From positions 173,911 to 237,910 of the IMG/VR virus record IMGVR_UViG_3300028364_000014: a DNA stretch of 64,000 nucleotides, one strand, 5' to 3'. How positions within the stretch are numbered: the stretch's first letter is position 1; every line of letters starts with the position of its first letter. Made by a program: the position numbers and the translations under genes. The notes beneath the pieces were generated by a model, which saw nothing but the letters and a program-made list of their open reading frames with translations, was not told the origin of the DNA and made no database searches. This document shows, piece after piece, positions 38,020 to 47,689 of the stretch.

Positions 38020-38759
38020 TCCGCTGTCTCCCTTGACATACCTACCAAATTAAAATCTGTTATACGTTCAGTAGTATTCCATTTTAACGGAGTATAATGT
38101 GTGTCATGATGTAACACAGTACAACAAGTACCACCTAACCTACCATTATGCTGTGTTCTATTTATAAGGGGACGTAAAGCTTTATAACCATACTCTTTAA
38201 AAAACGCTTGTACTGACCAATCCCAACCCCAAGCTTTATAATATTTTTTAACTAGTGTAGTATCATTCCATGCTTTCTGAAAACAGCCCTCCCAACCTTC
38301 CTTAAATGTACACCAACCGAGCCCTTCAAAAAAAGGTACCTCTTCTAAAGCAGAGTAATCCTCACCTCTAGGGTTAAACCCAAACAGCCCATAGGACATA
38401 AATGTAGTAGGCTTATCTCTAAAATTATTATAATACCAATTAGCTAAATCAATAGCATCAGGAGCTAATAAAAAATCATCCTCTAAATGAACATTAAATG
38501 TAGACCCTGCTGCAAAGGCAGAACTCAGCACATTAAACATATTATCAATAGCACCTTGATGATCGTTTCTACCAATGGAGTTTTTTTTATACAAAATATT
38601 TAAAGCTAATTTAGACTCTTTTAATATTTTAATACATTCCGGAGAATTTTCGGCGCTACAAAAAATTGTATAATCATCCAGCTTTTGTTTTTCTAAACAT
38701 ATTAAAAACTCTTTCAAGTAATTTGGTCTATATCCAACAGGAAAAGTTATAGTTTTCAT
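38007..38759 (-). CDS. GT-A fold glycosyltransferase
   Basis: YRPNYL, HLEDD, GWDW, RTQHNG. Confidence 0.7.
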   Translation of the reverse strand: MKTITFPVGYRPNYLKEFLICLEKQKLDDYTIFCSAENSPECIKILKESKLALNILYKKNSIGRNDHQGAIDNMFNVLSSAFAAGSTFNVHLEDDFLLAPDAIDLANWYYNNFRDKPTTFMSYGLFGFNPRGEDYSALEEVPFFEGLGWCTFKEGWEGCFQKAWNDTTLVKKYYKAWGWDWSVQAFFKEYGYKALRPLINRTQHNGRLGGTCCTVLHHDTHYTPLKWNTTERITDFNLVGMSRETADWIK

Positions 38760-39394
38760 ATTTTTATCCTTATTTTTTTATATTTATCAATTATATCCGT
38801 AGCGTAAATACACTTTTTCAGCCCCACTAAATTAGCCTTTATAGGATCAGTTAATAAGGGTTGAACTGCCAGCCAAGGCATCAGTCCGAGAATAAATACC
38901 TCATTACATAATAAATCATGTACATAAATAAACGCTGTTAGTGCCTCTAGCTCCTTATTTTTAAACAATGAGTCTTCTCCATACTTATTATGGAGATTGG
39001 ATTTTTGATAAGTCCAAGAAGGGTTGTCATTACCTGTATAAATTAAAGTAGATTTACTGCATGTTTTTATATGTATGCCAGGAAAAGTACTTTTTGGGTA
39101 TGGTAAGTCACAAGACCAACTTTTCTTACCAACAGGAAGCACTGTTAAATCAGGAGCCGCACTTGGATAGCCGAGCTTTTTTTCCAAATATTCGGCCACA
39201 ATAAACTCTCCAACTTTACCAATTACAATATCGTGGTGTGCTTTTAACGCTCTTCTTTCATTTTTATAATAAGTTTTACTTTGTAAACTCGCACTGGCAA
39301 ACCTACGTGATTTTTCTACATAGTCATTAAATTTTAATTTATCTACCGTATATGGGTCTAAAAATAATACAGTGTTATCGCTATAACAATACAT
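38756..39394 (-). CDS. PD-(D/E)xK-like hypothetical nuclease
   Basis: GKVGEFIV..YL...PD...HIKT. Confidence 0.45.
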   Translation of the reverse strand: MYCYSDNTVLFLDPYTVDKLKFNDYVEKSRRFASASLQSKTYYKNERRALKAHHDIVIGKVGEFIVAEYLEKKLGYPSAAPDLTVLPVGKKSWSCDLPYPKSTFPGIHIKTCSKSTLIYTGNDNPSWTYQKSNLHNKYGEDSLFKNKELEALTAFIYVHDLLCNEVFILGLMPWLAVQPLLTDPIKANLVGLKKCIYATDIIDKYKKIRIKI

Positions 39395-39401
39395 AATTCC
39401 C

Positions 39402-40241
39402 TTAAAAATTACTTATAAGTAGTTCTGTTTTAAAATTACGGGCTGTGTTTATAGAGTAATTTATATTATTAATAATTTCTATATTTGCCCAACCCATATA
39501 CAACGAACTTATTTCTTCACAATTATCGTAAGACAAGGTCCAAAAATGCTTAGTGTTTTTTAAAGAGTCAGCCAATCTTATATGATCTTGATAATTAAAC
39601 CCACACTGATATAACTCTTGCCCCTTAACAAAATAAGGTGGGTCTAAGTACAACAAAGCAGTAACTTCGTCATCAGTAATCAACTCAGAAAAATCCAAAG
39701 ACGAACATTTTATATGTTTGTTTTTAAATAATGAATTTAATTTATTAATATTTTTAGATAAATGCCCTGGGGACCATCTACAATCTATTTTATATTTAGA
39801 TTTCTGTTCTTTTCCGCCTAAAGGACCTCCGGATTTAGTTCCTAGTCCTGAAAAAGAAAGTTGATGAATAGTTAATTTCTTAAACCCATACAGTAACCTT
39901 TCTTCGTTGGTCAAGTCATTAAATTTTATATCTTCCAATAGTTGTTTCTTAGCAGTATAAAAATAATCCACAGAAGGGGTAAACTTCTGTATCAATTCTA
40001 TTAACCCGATAGGGTTATTTATAACAGTAAACCACAAACAAGCTATCCCAAAATCAAAATCATTTATCCAAAAACTATTTATACCTGATATAGTGAGTAA
40101 CTCAGTGGTAATTTTTCCACCACCTAAAAAAGGTTCCCTGTATTCAATTATTGTATCATCCTTGCTCAATCCTTCACATAACTTACTAAGTATCTGGTCC
40201 CTTAGTTTAGCTTTACCTCCTGGGTATCTAAAAAACGACAT
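39402..40241 (-). CDS. Dam-like (D12 class) N6-adenine DNA methyltransferase
   Basis: RYPGGK, EPFLGGG, INDFD, YLDPPY, LSYD, ELLISN. Confidence 0.9.
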   Translation of the reverse strand: MSFFRYPGGKAKLRDQILSKLCEGLSKDDTIIEYREPFLGGGKITTELLTISGINSFWINDFDFGIACLWFTVINNPIGLIELIQKFTPSVDYFYTAKKQLLEDIKFNDLTNEERLLYGFKKLTIHQLSFSGLGTKSGGPLGGKEQKSKYKIDCRWSPGHLSKNINKLNSLFKNKHIKCSSLDFSELITDDEVTALLYLDPPYFVKGQELYQCGFNYQDHIRLADSLKNTKHFWTLSYDNCEEISSLYMGWANIEIINNINYSINTARNFKTELLISNF

Positions 40242-40245
40242 AAAA

Positions 40246-41364
40246 TTAAATATCCTTTATTTCAGTAATAATTTTATCTGCTATAACTTCCCAAGAAAAA
40301 TTCTCTTTAATATAATTCTTTAGGGTCATTCCTTTCTCTTTTGCTTTATTTTGATTTTCATATACATACTTCATTTTGTTAGCCCCGTCTAATACATCAG
40401 GCTCAGCCCATAACTGTGTTCCATCATACCACGGACTCCAAGGCATGCTATGTACGGGCGTCAACATATGGTTTACTAGATAACTATTGTCTTCTTTTGC
40501 ATACTCTGTTGCGCCGCCAAATCCGGTAACTACGATTGGATTACCAGCAGCTCCAGCAGTAAAACTGGAGAGTCCAAAACCTTCACCCCTATCTAAAGAC
40601 ACATAACAATCACCCCTAGTATGTAAAGAGGTTATTTCATCCTCAGACAGCATATTACCAATAAGAACCATCTTAGGAAAATCAGACATAGGCATATTAT
40701 ACTTTAGAGATTTGATCATTCTAATCACACCTTCTTTTTGCTGATCCGAGTAGTCATTACCGTATGTTTTTAAAACCAGTACTACATCTTTATTACCATT
40801 AAATGCGTGGTAATAAGCCCTTATGAGTGCTTGAGGGCACTTTCGTTCAGTCCACTGACAGATATTATAAAAAACAAAATCAGTGTCTTTTACACCAGCA
40901 ATTTTAAAAGAATCAAAAGAATCAAAAGCTTTAGTACTAATTCCGTGAGGAACTACCCCTATCGGAATAGTCACACCACTATCTTTAAATATCTCCCTAT
41001 TCCACTCACAGCCTACTAATACTTTATCAACAGAATTATTTATAAAAGGCGTCCAATCAGAATGTAACTTAGTAGTCTCCCAAATTGTAAACCCACAATT
41101 TATTTTACCCACTTGTCTATACTTAGACCAAAATTCTGGAGTAGTGTGTATAAAATTAATATTATATAGAATTGAATTTTCAACTAAACTTTTTAATAGT
41201 TTACCATCTTCTCCTAAGTCTGGCTTGCTGTTTTCAAAAGAAATAGGATTGATAGTAATAGGCACACCGGCTTGGTGTAACGCTAGTATATTACCCCTAC
41301 ACGCTTTACCATAACCGCTTGAATCAAAAACCGGTCCTGTATATCTAATTCCTGTTATATCCAT
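40246..41364 (-). CDS. GT4 (GT-B) glycosyltransferase
   Basis: SGYGKA, PHG, RGEGFGL...A..G.P. Confidence 0.85.
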   Translation of the reverse strand: MDITGIRYTGPVFDSSGYGKACRGNILALHQAGVPITINPISFENSKPDLGEDGKLLKSLVENSILYNINFIHTTPEFWSKYRQVGKINCGFTIWETTKLHSDWTPFINNSVDKVLVGCEWNREIFKDSGVTIPIGVVPHGISTKAFDSFDSFKIAGVKDTDFVFYNICQWTERKCPQALIRAYYHAFNGNKDVVLVLKTYGNDYSDQQKEGVIRMIKSLKYNMPMSDFPKMVLIGNMLSEDEITSLHTRGDCYVSLDRGEGFGLSSFTAGAAGNPIVVTGFGGATEYAKEDNSYLVNHMLTPVHSMPWSPWYDGTQLWAEPDVLDGANKMKYVYENQNKAKEKGMTLKNYIKENFSWEVIADKIITEIKDI

Positions 41365-41985
41365 TTATACCTTCTCCTTCGTTATAAAATATGGATGGTC
41401 TACTTGAGCTAGTACTTGCTTACAAAATGAAGGCCATTCAGGCTCTTTATGTTTATATCGTTGGTGTACCATATGCTGTAAATTCATATAATTTAAATGA
41501 ATAGTTCTTATGTACATATAACCAGATGGTAGATTACGTTTTAATTTAATTAAGTCAGCTCCTTCTTCAAGCAGTTCTTTATACCTATTTAAAATCACCT
41601 CATCTACTAAATGATCTATACCATTAGCTAGTTCTGATTTCTTTAACATATGCATAGTAGATGTTGATTGGACCGCTGCTATAGTAGTGTAAGTAGCTTG
41701 TTGCTGCCACCAATCGCAGGGGGCTTGGACAATAAGGTCTACATTCATAGCTCTAAGAAATTTATTATGTCCCATACCTTTAAAGGCCATTTTTTTAGCC
41801 CGCTCTAACATTTGATAATACAACTCATTATAATTACCAACACCGTCTAAAAAAATAGAGACGCCTTCATCCAAACCCTTTACTGTCTTATCAAAAGCTA
41901 ACCCCATTCCTACCAGAGCAGACAAGAAATTACCTGATGATTCATGTAATTTTTTAACTTTAATCATATTGTCCTCCATAACCAT
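41365..41985 (-). CDS. divergent ThyX-fold protein (probable start 41967)
   Basis: GH.KFLR...AP..WW.Q..TY...STSTMH, RNLP, NY...R..H...EW; lacks the RHRX7S motif. Confidence 0.5.
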   Translation of the reverse strand: MVMEDNMIKVKKLHESSGNFLSALVGMGLAFDKTVKGLDEGVSIFLDGVGNYNELYYQMLERAKKMAFKGMGHNKFLRAMNVDLIVQAPCDWWQQQATYTTIAAVQSTSTMHMLKKSELANGIDHLVDEVILNRYKELLEEGADLIKLKRNLPSGYMYIRTIHLNYMNLQHMVHQRYKHKEPEWPSFCKQVLAQVDHPYFITKEKV

Positions 41986-42020
41986 CAGTTACACCGGACG
42001 GAACCTATGCAACTGATGGT
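41981..42020 (-). promoter_or_regulatory. leader hairpin between a promoter and the RBS of the ThyX-fold gene
   Basis: Perfect 10-bp inverted repeat ACCATCAGTT/AACTGATGGT with a partly pairable 20-nt interior. Confidence 0.6.
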
Positions 42021-42036
42021 GTTATTATTACTATAT

Positions 42037-42064
42037 AATATAATACATTTTTCTAGTTTGTCAA
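42037..42064 (-). promoter_or_regulatory. promoter TTGACA-N16-TATATT
   Basis: aatata 42037-42042, tgtcaa 42059-42064. Confidence 0.8.
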
Positions 42065-42065
42065 T

Positions 42066-43358
42066 CTAAAAAGTTTCAGCTGTTATAACCTTTCTGTCTA
42101 TACCAATTTCATTGACCGCAGTAGGATTTTTAAGGTCTCTTACAGCCTTATCAAAAATACTAACCCAAGCTTTGGCTATCTTACCCTGCCAATTCAATTC
42201 CGACTTCACCCACCCATAGGCTGTCTCCGCTTTCGCCTCAGCTTCTACGTAATTGTTGTAAATATACACCATCTTCTTCGCCATATCTTCGACATCAACA
42301 AGCGGCCTAATAACTTCATTGTCATTTGGTAGAACAGTATGTAATCCAGGAGTAGTCCCACTATCAATTAGGTAGCCCTTATCTTCAGTAATGTATTCTC
42401 CCATAGCTGTATTATTAGGCATTAAAACAGGGGTCTTAGTAGCCATAGCCTCTACCCAAGAAAGACCAAAACCCTCCCCTAAAGTCGTACTAACAACAAG
42501 ATCAGAGACATTGTATATTAAATTAACAATTTCTTTAGGATACCCTTGATTAGGCCCAAAATTCTCTGGAAAAACAACATCTTCTCCAACAACTAGACCA
42601 TAGGACTTACAAACCTCATCCAGACTCCAACCCTGGTCTTTCATTGCCATATGTAGATATAAAATAGAAGTTGGCACTTCCTTTCTAAACTCCACAAATG
42701 CAGCTATAGTTCTAGGTATATCTTTTCTATGCTGATTTCGATTAACATTAGTAATAATAAATTTATCTGCGTGCTTACCAAAATACTGTGCCTTAAACTT
42801 TTTAATAATATCCTTAGGTAGAGGTTTAAAATCATCAATATTAGCGCCATGAGGCACTACTTGCATGTCTTGTACAGCAGGGTATACTTTCTTAGCCTCG
42901 TTAGCTCCAAACTTGGAATAAGCCACTAAGTAATCAACGGCATCCACATTTTTAATCCATTGCTCTTTAGGAACACCATCAATAGGAAAATAACAAATTG
43001 ATTTAAAGGCTTTCCCACTCGCTATTAGGGCTGGTATAAGTTTAGGTAAAAAATCTAAAATAAAAGTATCCTGCAAACAAAACAAGATGTCATACTCCAT
43101 TTGCTGGGCCATGCTTACAAATTTCTGTCTTCCGTATGGGTCCTTTTGTGTGTTAGTACCGGCTGGGAACTGGCGATAAGGGAAGGTATGCGGATCGCCC
43201 CAGTAGTTGATAGCAAATATATCGATATCATATCTTCCAGTTTTAAATAACGCTTCACAAATATTTCTAGACACAGATCCAAAACCTGTTGCACATGAGA
43301 CTGCATCAGCATATACAAGTACTTTAGTTTTCTTATTTACTTTTTTGTTTTTTGCCAT
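42066..43358 (-). CDS. GT4 (GT-B) glycosyltransferase
   Basis: TGFG, PHG, NRNQHRKD, GEGFGL..VEAMA. Confidence 0.88.
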   Translation of the reverse strand: MAKNKKVNKKTKVLVYADAVSCATGFGSVSRNICEALFKTGRYDIDIFAINYWGDPHTFPYRQFPAGTNTQKDPYGRQKFVSMAQQMEYDILFCLQDTFILDFLPKLIPALIASGKAFKSICYFPIDGVPKEQWIKNVDAVDYLVAYSKFGANEAKKVYPAVQDMQVVPHGANIDDFKPLPKDIIKKFKAQYFGKHADKFIITNVNRNQHRKDIPRTIAAFVEFRKEVPTSILYLHMAMKDQGWSLDEVCKSYGLVVGEDVVFPENFGPNQGYPKEIVNLIYNVSDLVVSTTLGEGFGLSWVEAMATKTPVLMPNNTAMGEYITEDKGYLIDSGTTPGLHTVLPNDNEVIRPLVDVEDMAKKMVYIYNNYVEAEAKAETAYGWVKSELNWQGKIAKAWVSIFDKAVRDLKNPTAVNEIGIDRKVITAETF

Positions 43359-43377
43359 AATTTATTTTATTTCCTTT

Positions 43378-44418
43378 TTAATAATTATAATTATATCGTT
43401 TATTTAATACCGCCCGATACCAAGCTTTGTGCCAGTTTCTATCTTTATTGGCCTTAGAATTACACGAACGGCATACTGTAATTAAATTTGACGGACTACA
43501 ATTCTTTTTATTATAATCAACATGATGTATTGTTAAATCATTTGGATTTTTAGAATTACAGTATGGGTTTAAACATTTATTTCCATCTCTATCACGAATG
43601 TCTTGTTTGTATTCTTGGTCTTTCCAAGCTTCACAGTAAGGTTCAAAGGATATTCCACCTTTCCAAGAGTTATTACCAGAACCAGATATCCTAATAGACC
43701 AACAAGTAGGACATCTATATCCAGTTTTCCAATCACTCCATGTAATATAATGCACATGACCAAAAGAACATCTATAACTCAACTTGGTTTTATTATTTAC
43801 ATAATTTTTACTCAGGAGGACATATCCCTCCTTTTCAAATTCATTTTTAATATAATATATATCGTGTCTAACATTTCCTGCACAATACTTGCACCTATAT
43901 CCTTGCTTAAAATTACCAAACGTCATAGAAGTTTCATGACCATTAGGGCATACACACTCCAATTTAGTATTAATATTTACATACACATTAGATTTTAATA
44001 TATAACCTTCTAATTTAAAAGCAAGTTTAACATCTTCTATAGTAGATTTCCCTTGTCCAGTACAATAAGGGCATCTATGTCCTGTTGACCAATTAAACCA
44101 AGTAGTACCGTGTTCGTGCCCATTTGGGCAAGTATAATTAAGTTTTTGTCTATTATTTATATACTCTTCACTAAGTAAAGTGTACCCCTCATCTTCAAAA
44201 GATTTTTTTATAAATTCTATATGTAATTTTATATTTCCAGCACACGAAGGGCATCTATGATTTGCTGACCAATTTTGCCATGTAATATTATGACGATGAC
44301 CCTCAGGACAAATATATTTCAGCTTTGTTTTCGAATTAACATACTCACTACTTAATAATTCATAACCCTCCTTCTCAAAACTTCCCTTAACAAATTCATA
44401 GGTTAACTTTTTTGGCAT
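43378..44418 (-). CDS. Zn-ribbon-repeat HNH endonuclease (4 repeats)
   Basis: Same family as 21134-22345. Confidence 0.85.
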   Translation of the reverse strand: MPKKLTYEFVKGSFEKEGYELLSSEYVNSKTKLKYICPEGHRHNITWQNWSANHRCPSCAGNIKLHIEFIKKSFEDEGYTLLSEEYINNRQKLNYTCPNGHEHGTTWFNWSTGHRCPYCTGQGKSTIEDVKLAFKLEGYILKSNVYVNINTKLECVCPNGHETSMTFGNFKQGYRCKYCAGNVRHDIYYIKNEFEKEGYVLLSKNYVNNKTKLSYRCSFGHVHYITWSDWKTGYRCPTCWSIRISGSGNNSWKGGISFEPYCEAWKDQEYKQDIRDRDGNKCLNPYCNSKNPNDLTIHHVDYNKKNCSPSNLITVCRSCNSKANKDRNWHKAWYRAVLNKRYNYNY

Positions 44419-44427
44419 ACCTTATAC

Positions 44428-45585
44428 CTACTTTTTAATTGCTTTAGTTGCCAAAAAAGGCATAGTGAAATTAGTTACAGCACCTTCTTCTATCTTTTCT
44501 CTAGCTCTAGGATTTTTTGAACAATAATTATCTACATCTTTTTTCTTAAGATTAACCATTTCCACAAACTCCTCAGCTGATGTATTCTCCTGCACCACCT
44601 TAGGGTCGTAATTAACTCTAGCGTTCTGTCTTATATAAACCTGCTTGTTCTCCCCATATAAATTAGTTCCAGCCTCCTTAATCTTTTCCATAATTACCAT
44701 TGCAATTTCTCTTTTCCTTGTATCAAGAATCCTAGCTGTACTAGAAATCTGGTCGTACTCTTCAATTAATTGATCATTTGTAAGTTTAGCTGTAGGTAAA
44801 AATTCAAACTTTTTATTACTACAAGCCTTTTGATATTTATCGCAGTAATCCCGAAAATCACACCAAGGACAAAAAATATTCAAAGAAGCTACAGCATCCT
44901 TTTCTTTTATATTACACATCTCATCATACACAGTAACTAAATAATTATTAGTCTCATTACGTTGCTCATCTGTACGATAACTAAATACTGGAGAAGATCT
45001 CAACATATCTAGACAAAGTATTATCCTCTCATACTTAGGCCATAGTTTATGCGCTACTAAATCATATAAAGATAACTGCAAATCATCCTGTAATTGATCT
45101 GGAGTAGGGGCAGTTTTAGATGTTTTATAATCCACAATCATAAGTGTTTCATCATCTAGCTTAACTACTTTATCCATAGCACCAATCAAAGGCACACCCA
45201 TATCTGTCTCTAGATCTGGCCACCTACTATCTGCAAAACCAAAAGTCTCCTCTAAACTAATAATCTCTCTACCTAAAGCAAAATCCTCTACTCTATTTTT
45301 TACGAGTGCTTTACCCTCAACATGTACTTGCATCGATTCAATGCCTTCCCTAACTGACACTTTATCGTACACATCATATATTTTTTTGTAATCACTTTCA
45401 TCAAACTTCCCCTTCTCTGCCCAAATATGACCAGCAAATTCTAAAGCCTCATGACAAGTAGTACCCAACTTAAACGCTGGATTAGACAACTTTGGCATAT
45501 GCTCAACATACTGAAACCAGTACTTCCTTTTACAGCGCATATATGAACTAACTCTTGTAGCACTTAATTTAATCGGTCTTGCCAT
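44428..45585 (-). CDS. PD-(D/E)xK nuclease (RecB/Cas4-like exonuclease)
   Basis: LSAT...C.RKY, G.MD, VDYKT, QL.LY, CPWCDF...C. Confidence 0.85.
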   Translation of the reverse strand: MARPIKLSATRVSSYMRCKRKYWFQYVEHMPKLSNPAFKLGTTCHEALEFAGHIWAEKGKFDESDYKKIYDVYDKVSVREGIESMQVHVEGKALVKNRVEDFALGREIISLEETFGFADSRWPDLETDMGVPLIGAMDKVVKLDDETLMIVDYKTSKTAPTPDQLQDDLQLSLYDLVAHKLWPKYERIILCLDMLRSSPVFSYRTDEQRNETNNYLVTVYDEMCNIKEKDAVASLNIFCPWCDFRDYCDKYQKACSNKKFEFLPTAKLTNDQLIEEYDQISSTARILDTRKREIAMVIMEKIKEAGTNLYGENKQVYIRQNARVNYDPKVVQENTSAEEFVEMVNLKKKDVDNYCSKNPRAREKIEEGAVTNFTMPFLATKAIKK

Positions 45586-45588
45586 ATT

Positions 45589-45996
45589 TTATCCTTCCTT
45601 TTTTACTTCTTCAATGTGTGCGGCTAATTCGTAAGAAATAACTTGCAACATAAGCTTAGCGATGGCAGTTCTAAAAAGATCTGACACCTCATCAAATTCG
45701 TCCATACTTACAAAAAATTCCTTTTCTCCTGTAGTATCAGAAACTACTTTATATTTAGTAATAGCAAGACTAGAATCCATTTTATTCTCTCTCATTAACT
45801 GTTCTGTTGCTTGAATTACAAAATCTTTTGAGTCACCTGCCATTGTAATACCAGCCTCATTAAACATCCCTACAAAAACATCTAACATACTTGATTTCAT
45901 ATTTTCTACAGTAATATGCGCCTTAAAATCGTTTGTTAAAATCATACCCATAATCATACTCCTCCCTATATTTTTCAATTTGTAAAATCTCATCAC
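45589..45996 (-). CDS. hypothetical protein
   Basis: 135 aa ORF; true start may be downstream. Confidence 0.5.
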   Translation of the reverse strand: MMRFYKLKNIGRSMIMGMILTNDFKAHITVENMKSSMLDVFVGMFNEAGITMAGDSKDFVIQATEQLMRENKMDSSLAITKYKVVSDTTGEKEFFVSMDEFDEVSDLFRTAIAKLMLQVISYELAAHIEEVKKEG

Positions 45997-46456
45997 AATA
46001 ACAAAGTAATTGAGCTACGCTATCTGTTATATCATTCCAATCTTTAAACCTAATGTCTTGATTTCCAAAATTAATAAGGTCTTTTATTAAAACAAACAAT
46101 AAATCCTTAGACTTAGCTTTAAAAAAAGCCTTTGGTTTAGTATTACTCATTATATAAGGGGCTTTATTACAATACTCAAACACGGTTTGCTCTGCTATGC
46201 CCCCAAATTTAGCTAAAAGTTTTGTAACTTTAGGGTTTAATCCCACAAATGTATCTTCAAGTACTATATCAGTAGGTTTATATTTTTTTAATACCTTTAT
46301 TAGTTCTTTACGGAAATAAGTAAGTTTCTCTGTAAGTTCTGATTTCTTATTAGGAACAATTTTACCATACTTTAGAATATTATCATCAGTAGAAATAAAA
46401 GACCATCCTGTAGAAGTAGAAGACACATCTAGGCTCATTACTCGGCGTATTTTCAT
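45923..46456 (-). CDS. RuvC-like Holliday junction resolvase
   Basis: [19 protein letters not shown]. Confidence 0.8.
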   Translation of the reverse strand: MKIRRVMSLDVSSTSTGWSFISTDDNILKYGKIVPNKKSELTEKLTYFRKELIKVLKKYKPTDIVLEDTFVGLNPKVTKLLAKFGGIAEQTVFEYCNKAPYIMSNTKPKAFFKAKSKDLLFVLIKDLINFGNQDIRFKDWNDITDSVAQLLCYCDEILQIEKYREEYDYGYDFNKRF

Positions 46457-47214
46457 AGCTTCTTAAGCATCTCAAGCTCTTCCTCAGTTAGATTAGTCGT
46501 GTCTGGCCAAACAATTCTTACTTGTACCACAACATCCCCTCTTGGGCCACCAAAAATACCATTACCCCCAGCCCCAGATAGTAAAAGTTGCTTACCCTCT
46601 GGGGATCTAGCTGGAACTGTAATACTTAATTCCTTATCTCGTACATTAATACGCCCAGTACCACCACAGCTATCACAGGTATTTTTAGGAATTTGCCCTG
46701 TTCCCCTACACTTATTACACGGAACATGGGTAGACATAAACATACCATTAATTCGCTCTTGTTTTAAAAATATACCCTCTCCGTCACACTCTGAACACGT
46801 CTCAAACTCAGTAGCCCCCTTAGCGTTGCATTTAATACAAATATCTTGATAAGAAACCGTAAACGCCTCTTTGCCACCAAAAATAGAAGTATAAATACTA
46901 ATAGGAACTACAACCCTTAAAGAGGCACCTTTTTGAGGAGCATTAGCTCTTCGTTGAAATCCACCAAAAGGATTATGCATACCAAATCCTTCGAAAGGGT
47001 TAAATCCACGAGATTGTTGTTGTTGATGTTTTTCTGGATTATTTAATACCTCGTACGCTTCTGAAATCTCTTTGAACTTTTCTTCAGCTTTATTGTCATC
47101 AGGATTTTTATCTGGATGGTACTTTAAAGCTAGTTTTCTATAAGCTTTTTTAATATCATCTTTAGAAGCCTCTAGAGACACTCCTAAAATATCATAATAT
47201 TTTTTAAGATTCAC
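46453..47214 (-). CDS. dnaJ: DnaJ chaperone (J domain, Zn finger, short C-terminal domain)
   Basis: YYDILGV, HPD, CxxCxGxG repeats, G.GG...GP.GD. Confidence 0.9.
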   Translation of the reverse strand: MNLKKYYDILGVSLEASKDDIKKAYRKLALKYHPDKNPDDNKAEEKFKEISEAYEVLNNPEKHQQQQSRGFNPFEGFGMHNPFGGFQRRANAPQKGASLRVVVPISIYTSIFGGKEAFTVSYQDICIKCNAKGATEFETCSECDGEGIFLKQERINGMFMSTHVPCNKCRGTGQIPKNTCDSCGGTGRINVRDKELSITVPARSPEGKQLLLSGAGGNGIFGGPRGDVVVQVRIVWPDTTNLTEEELEMLKKL

Positions 47215-47350
47215 AATCTATAATCCTCCATATTAAACCACACTCTTCACTAGAGCATTTAAATTCATTAGGCGCTACCTCATAAGCAGGGCTTCCACAA
47301 AATAAACATTTGTGTATCGTATCCACCATCTGCATTTCATTGCTTTCCAT
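47204..47350 (-). CDS. small Zn-finger protein (48 aa, not in the ORF track)
   Basis: [20 protein letters not shown]...KCSSEECG...; GGAG upstream. Confidence 0.5.
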   Translation of the reverse strand: MESNEMQMVDTIHKCLFCGSPAYEVAPNEFKCSSEECGLIWRIIDCES

Positions 47351-47359
47351 AATTATCTC

Positions 47360-47689
47360 CTATGGTTTAGTATCAATGATCTCCAATATACTACCAGGAA
47401 TTTTTACAACATCTTCCCCAAGTTCAAGACCTACTGGAGTAAATACTTGATTAGCTTCTAAATCTGGGTACTGTTTAGTTGCGAGTAATACCTTAGTAAC
47501 TGCAGGAAAATAAATAAAATCTTGAGAAAAATCAAACTCACCAGACTCATCAGGAAAAACCCCTGGCGCAATTTCATTATAGTCTCCTCTTACTGGAATT
47601 TCCAATTCGATCTGCCGTACCACTTTAAATTTACATGGTTTCATTGGAAAAAGTGATAAGGTGGGTACTCCTGTGTATACTTCAGTCAT
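47360..47689 (-). CDS. hypothetical protein
   Basis: 109 aa, stop/start overlap with the SSB-like gene. Confidence 0.55.
   Translation of the reverse strand: MTEVYTGVPTLSLFPMKPCKFKVVRQIELEIPVRGDYNEIAPGVFPDESGEFDFSQDFIYFPAVTKVLLATKQYPDLEANQVFTPVGLELGEDVVKIPGSILEIIDTKP

Noticed and set aside
41967-41985. ORF-track starts for 41365, dnaN (56513), dut (22926) and GT2 (33315)
   Set aside because: Downstream ATGs (41967, 56417, 22821, 33282) fit RBS position, promoter position or family length better
44428-45585. Cas4-like nuclease as evidence of a CRISPR system
   Set aside because: No repeat-spacer array or other cas genes seen; stand-alone PD-(D/E)xK nucleases are common in phage replication blocks
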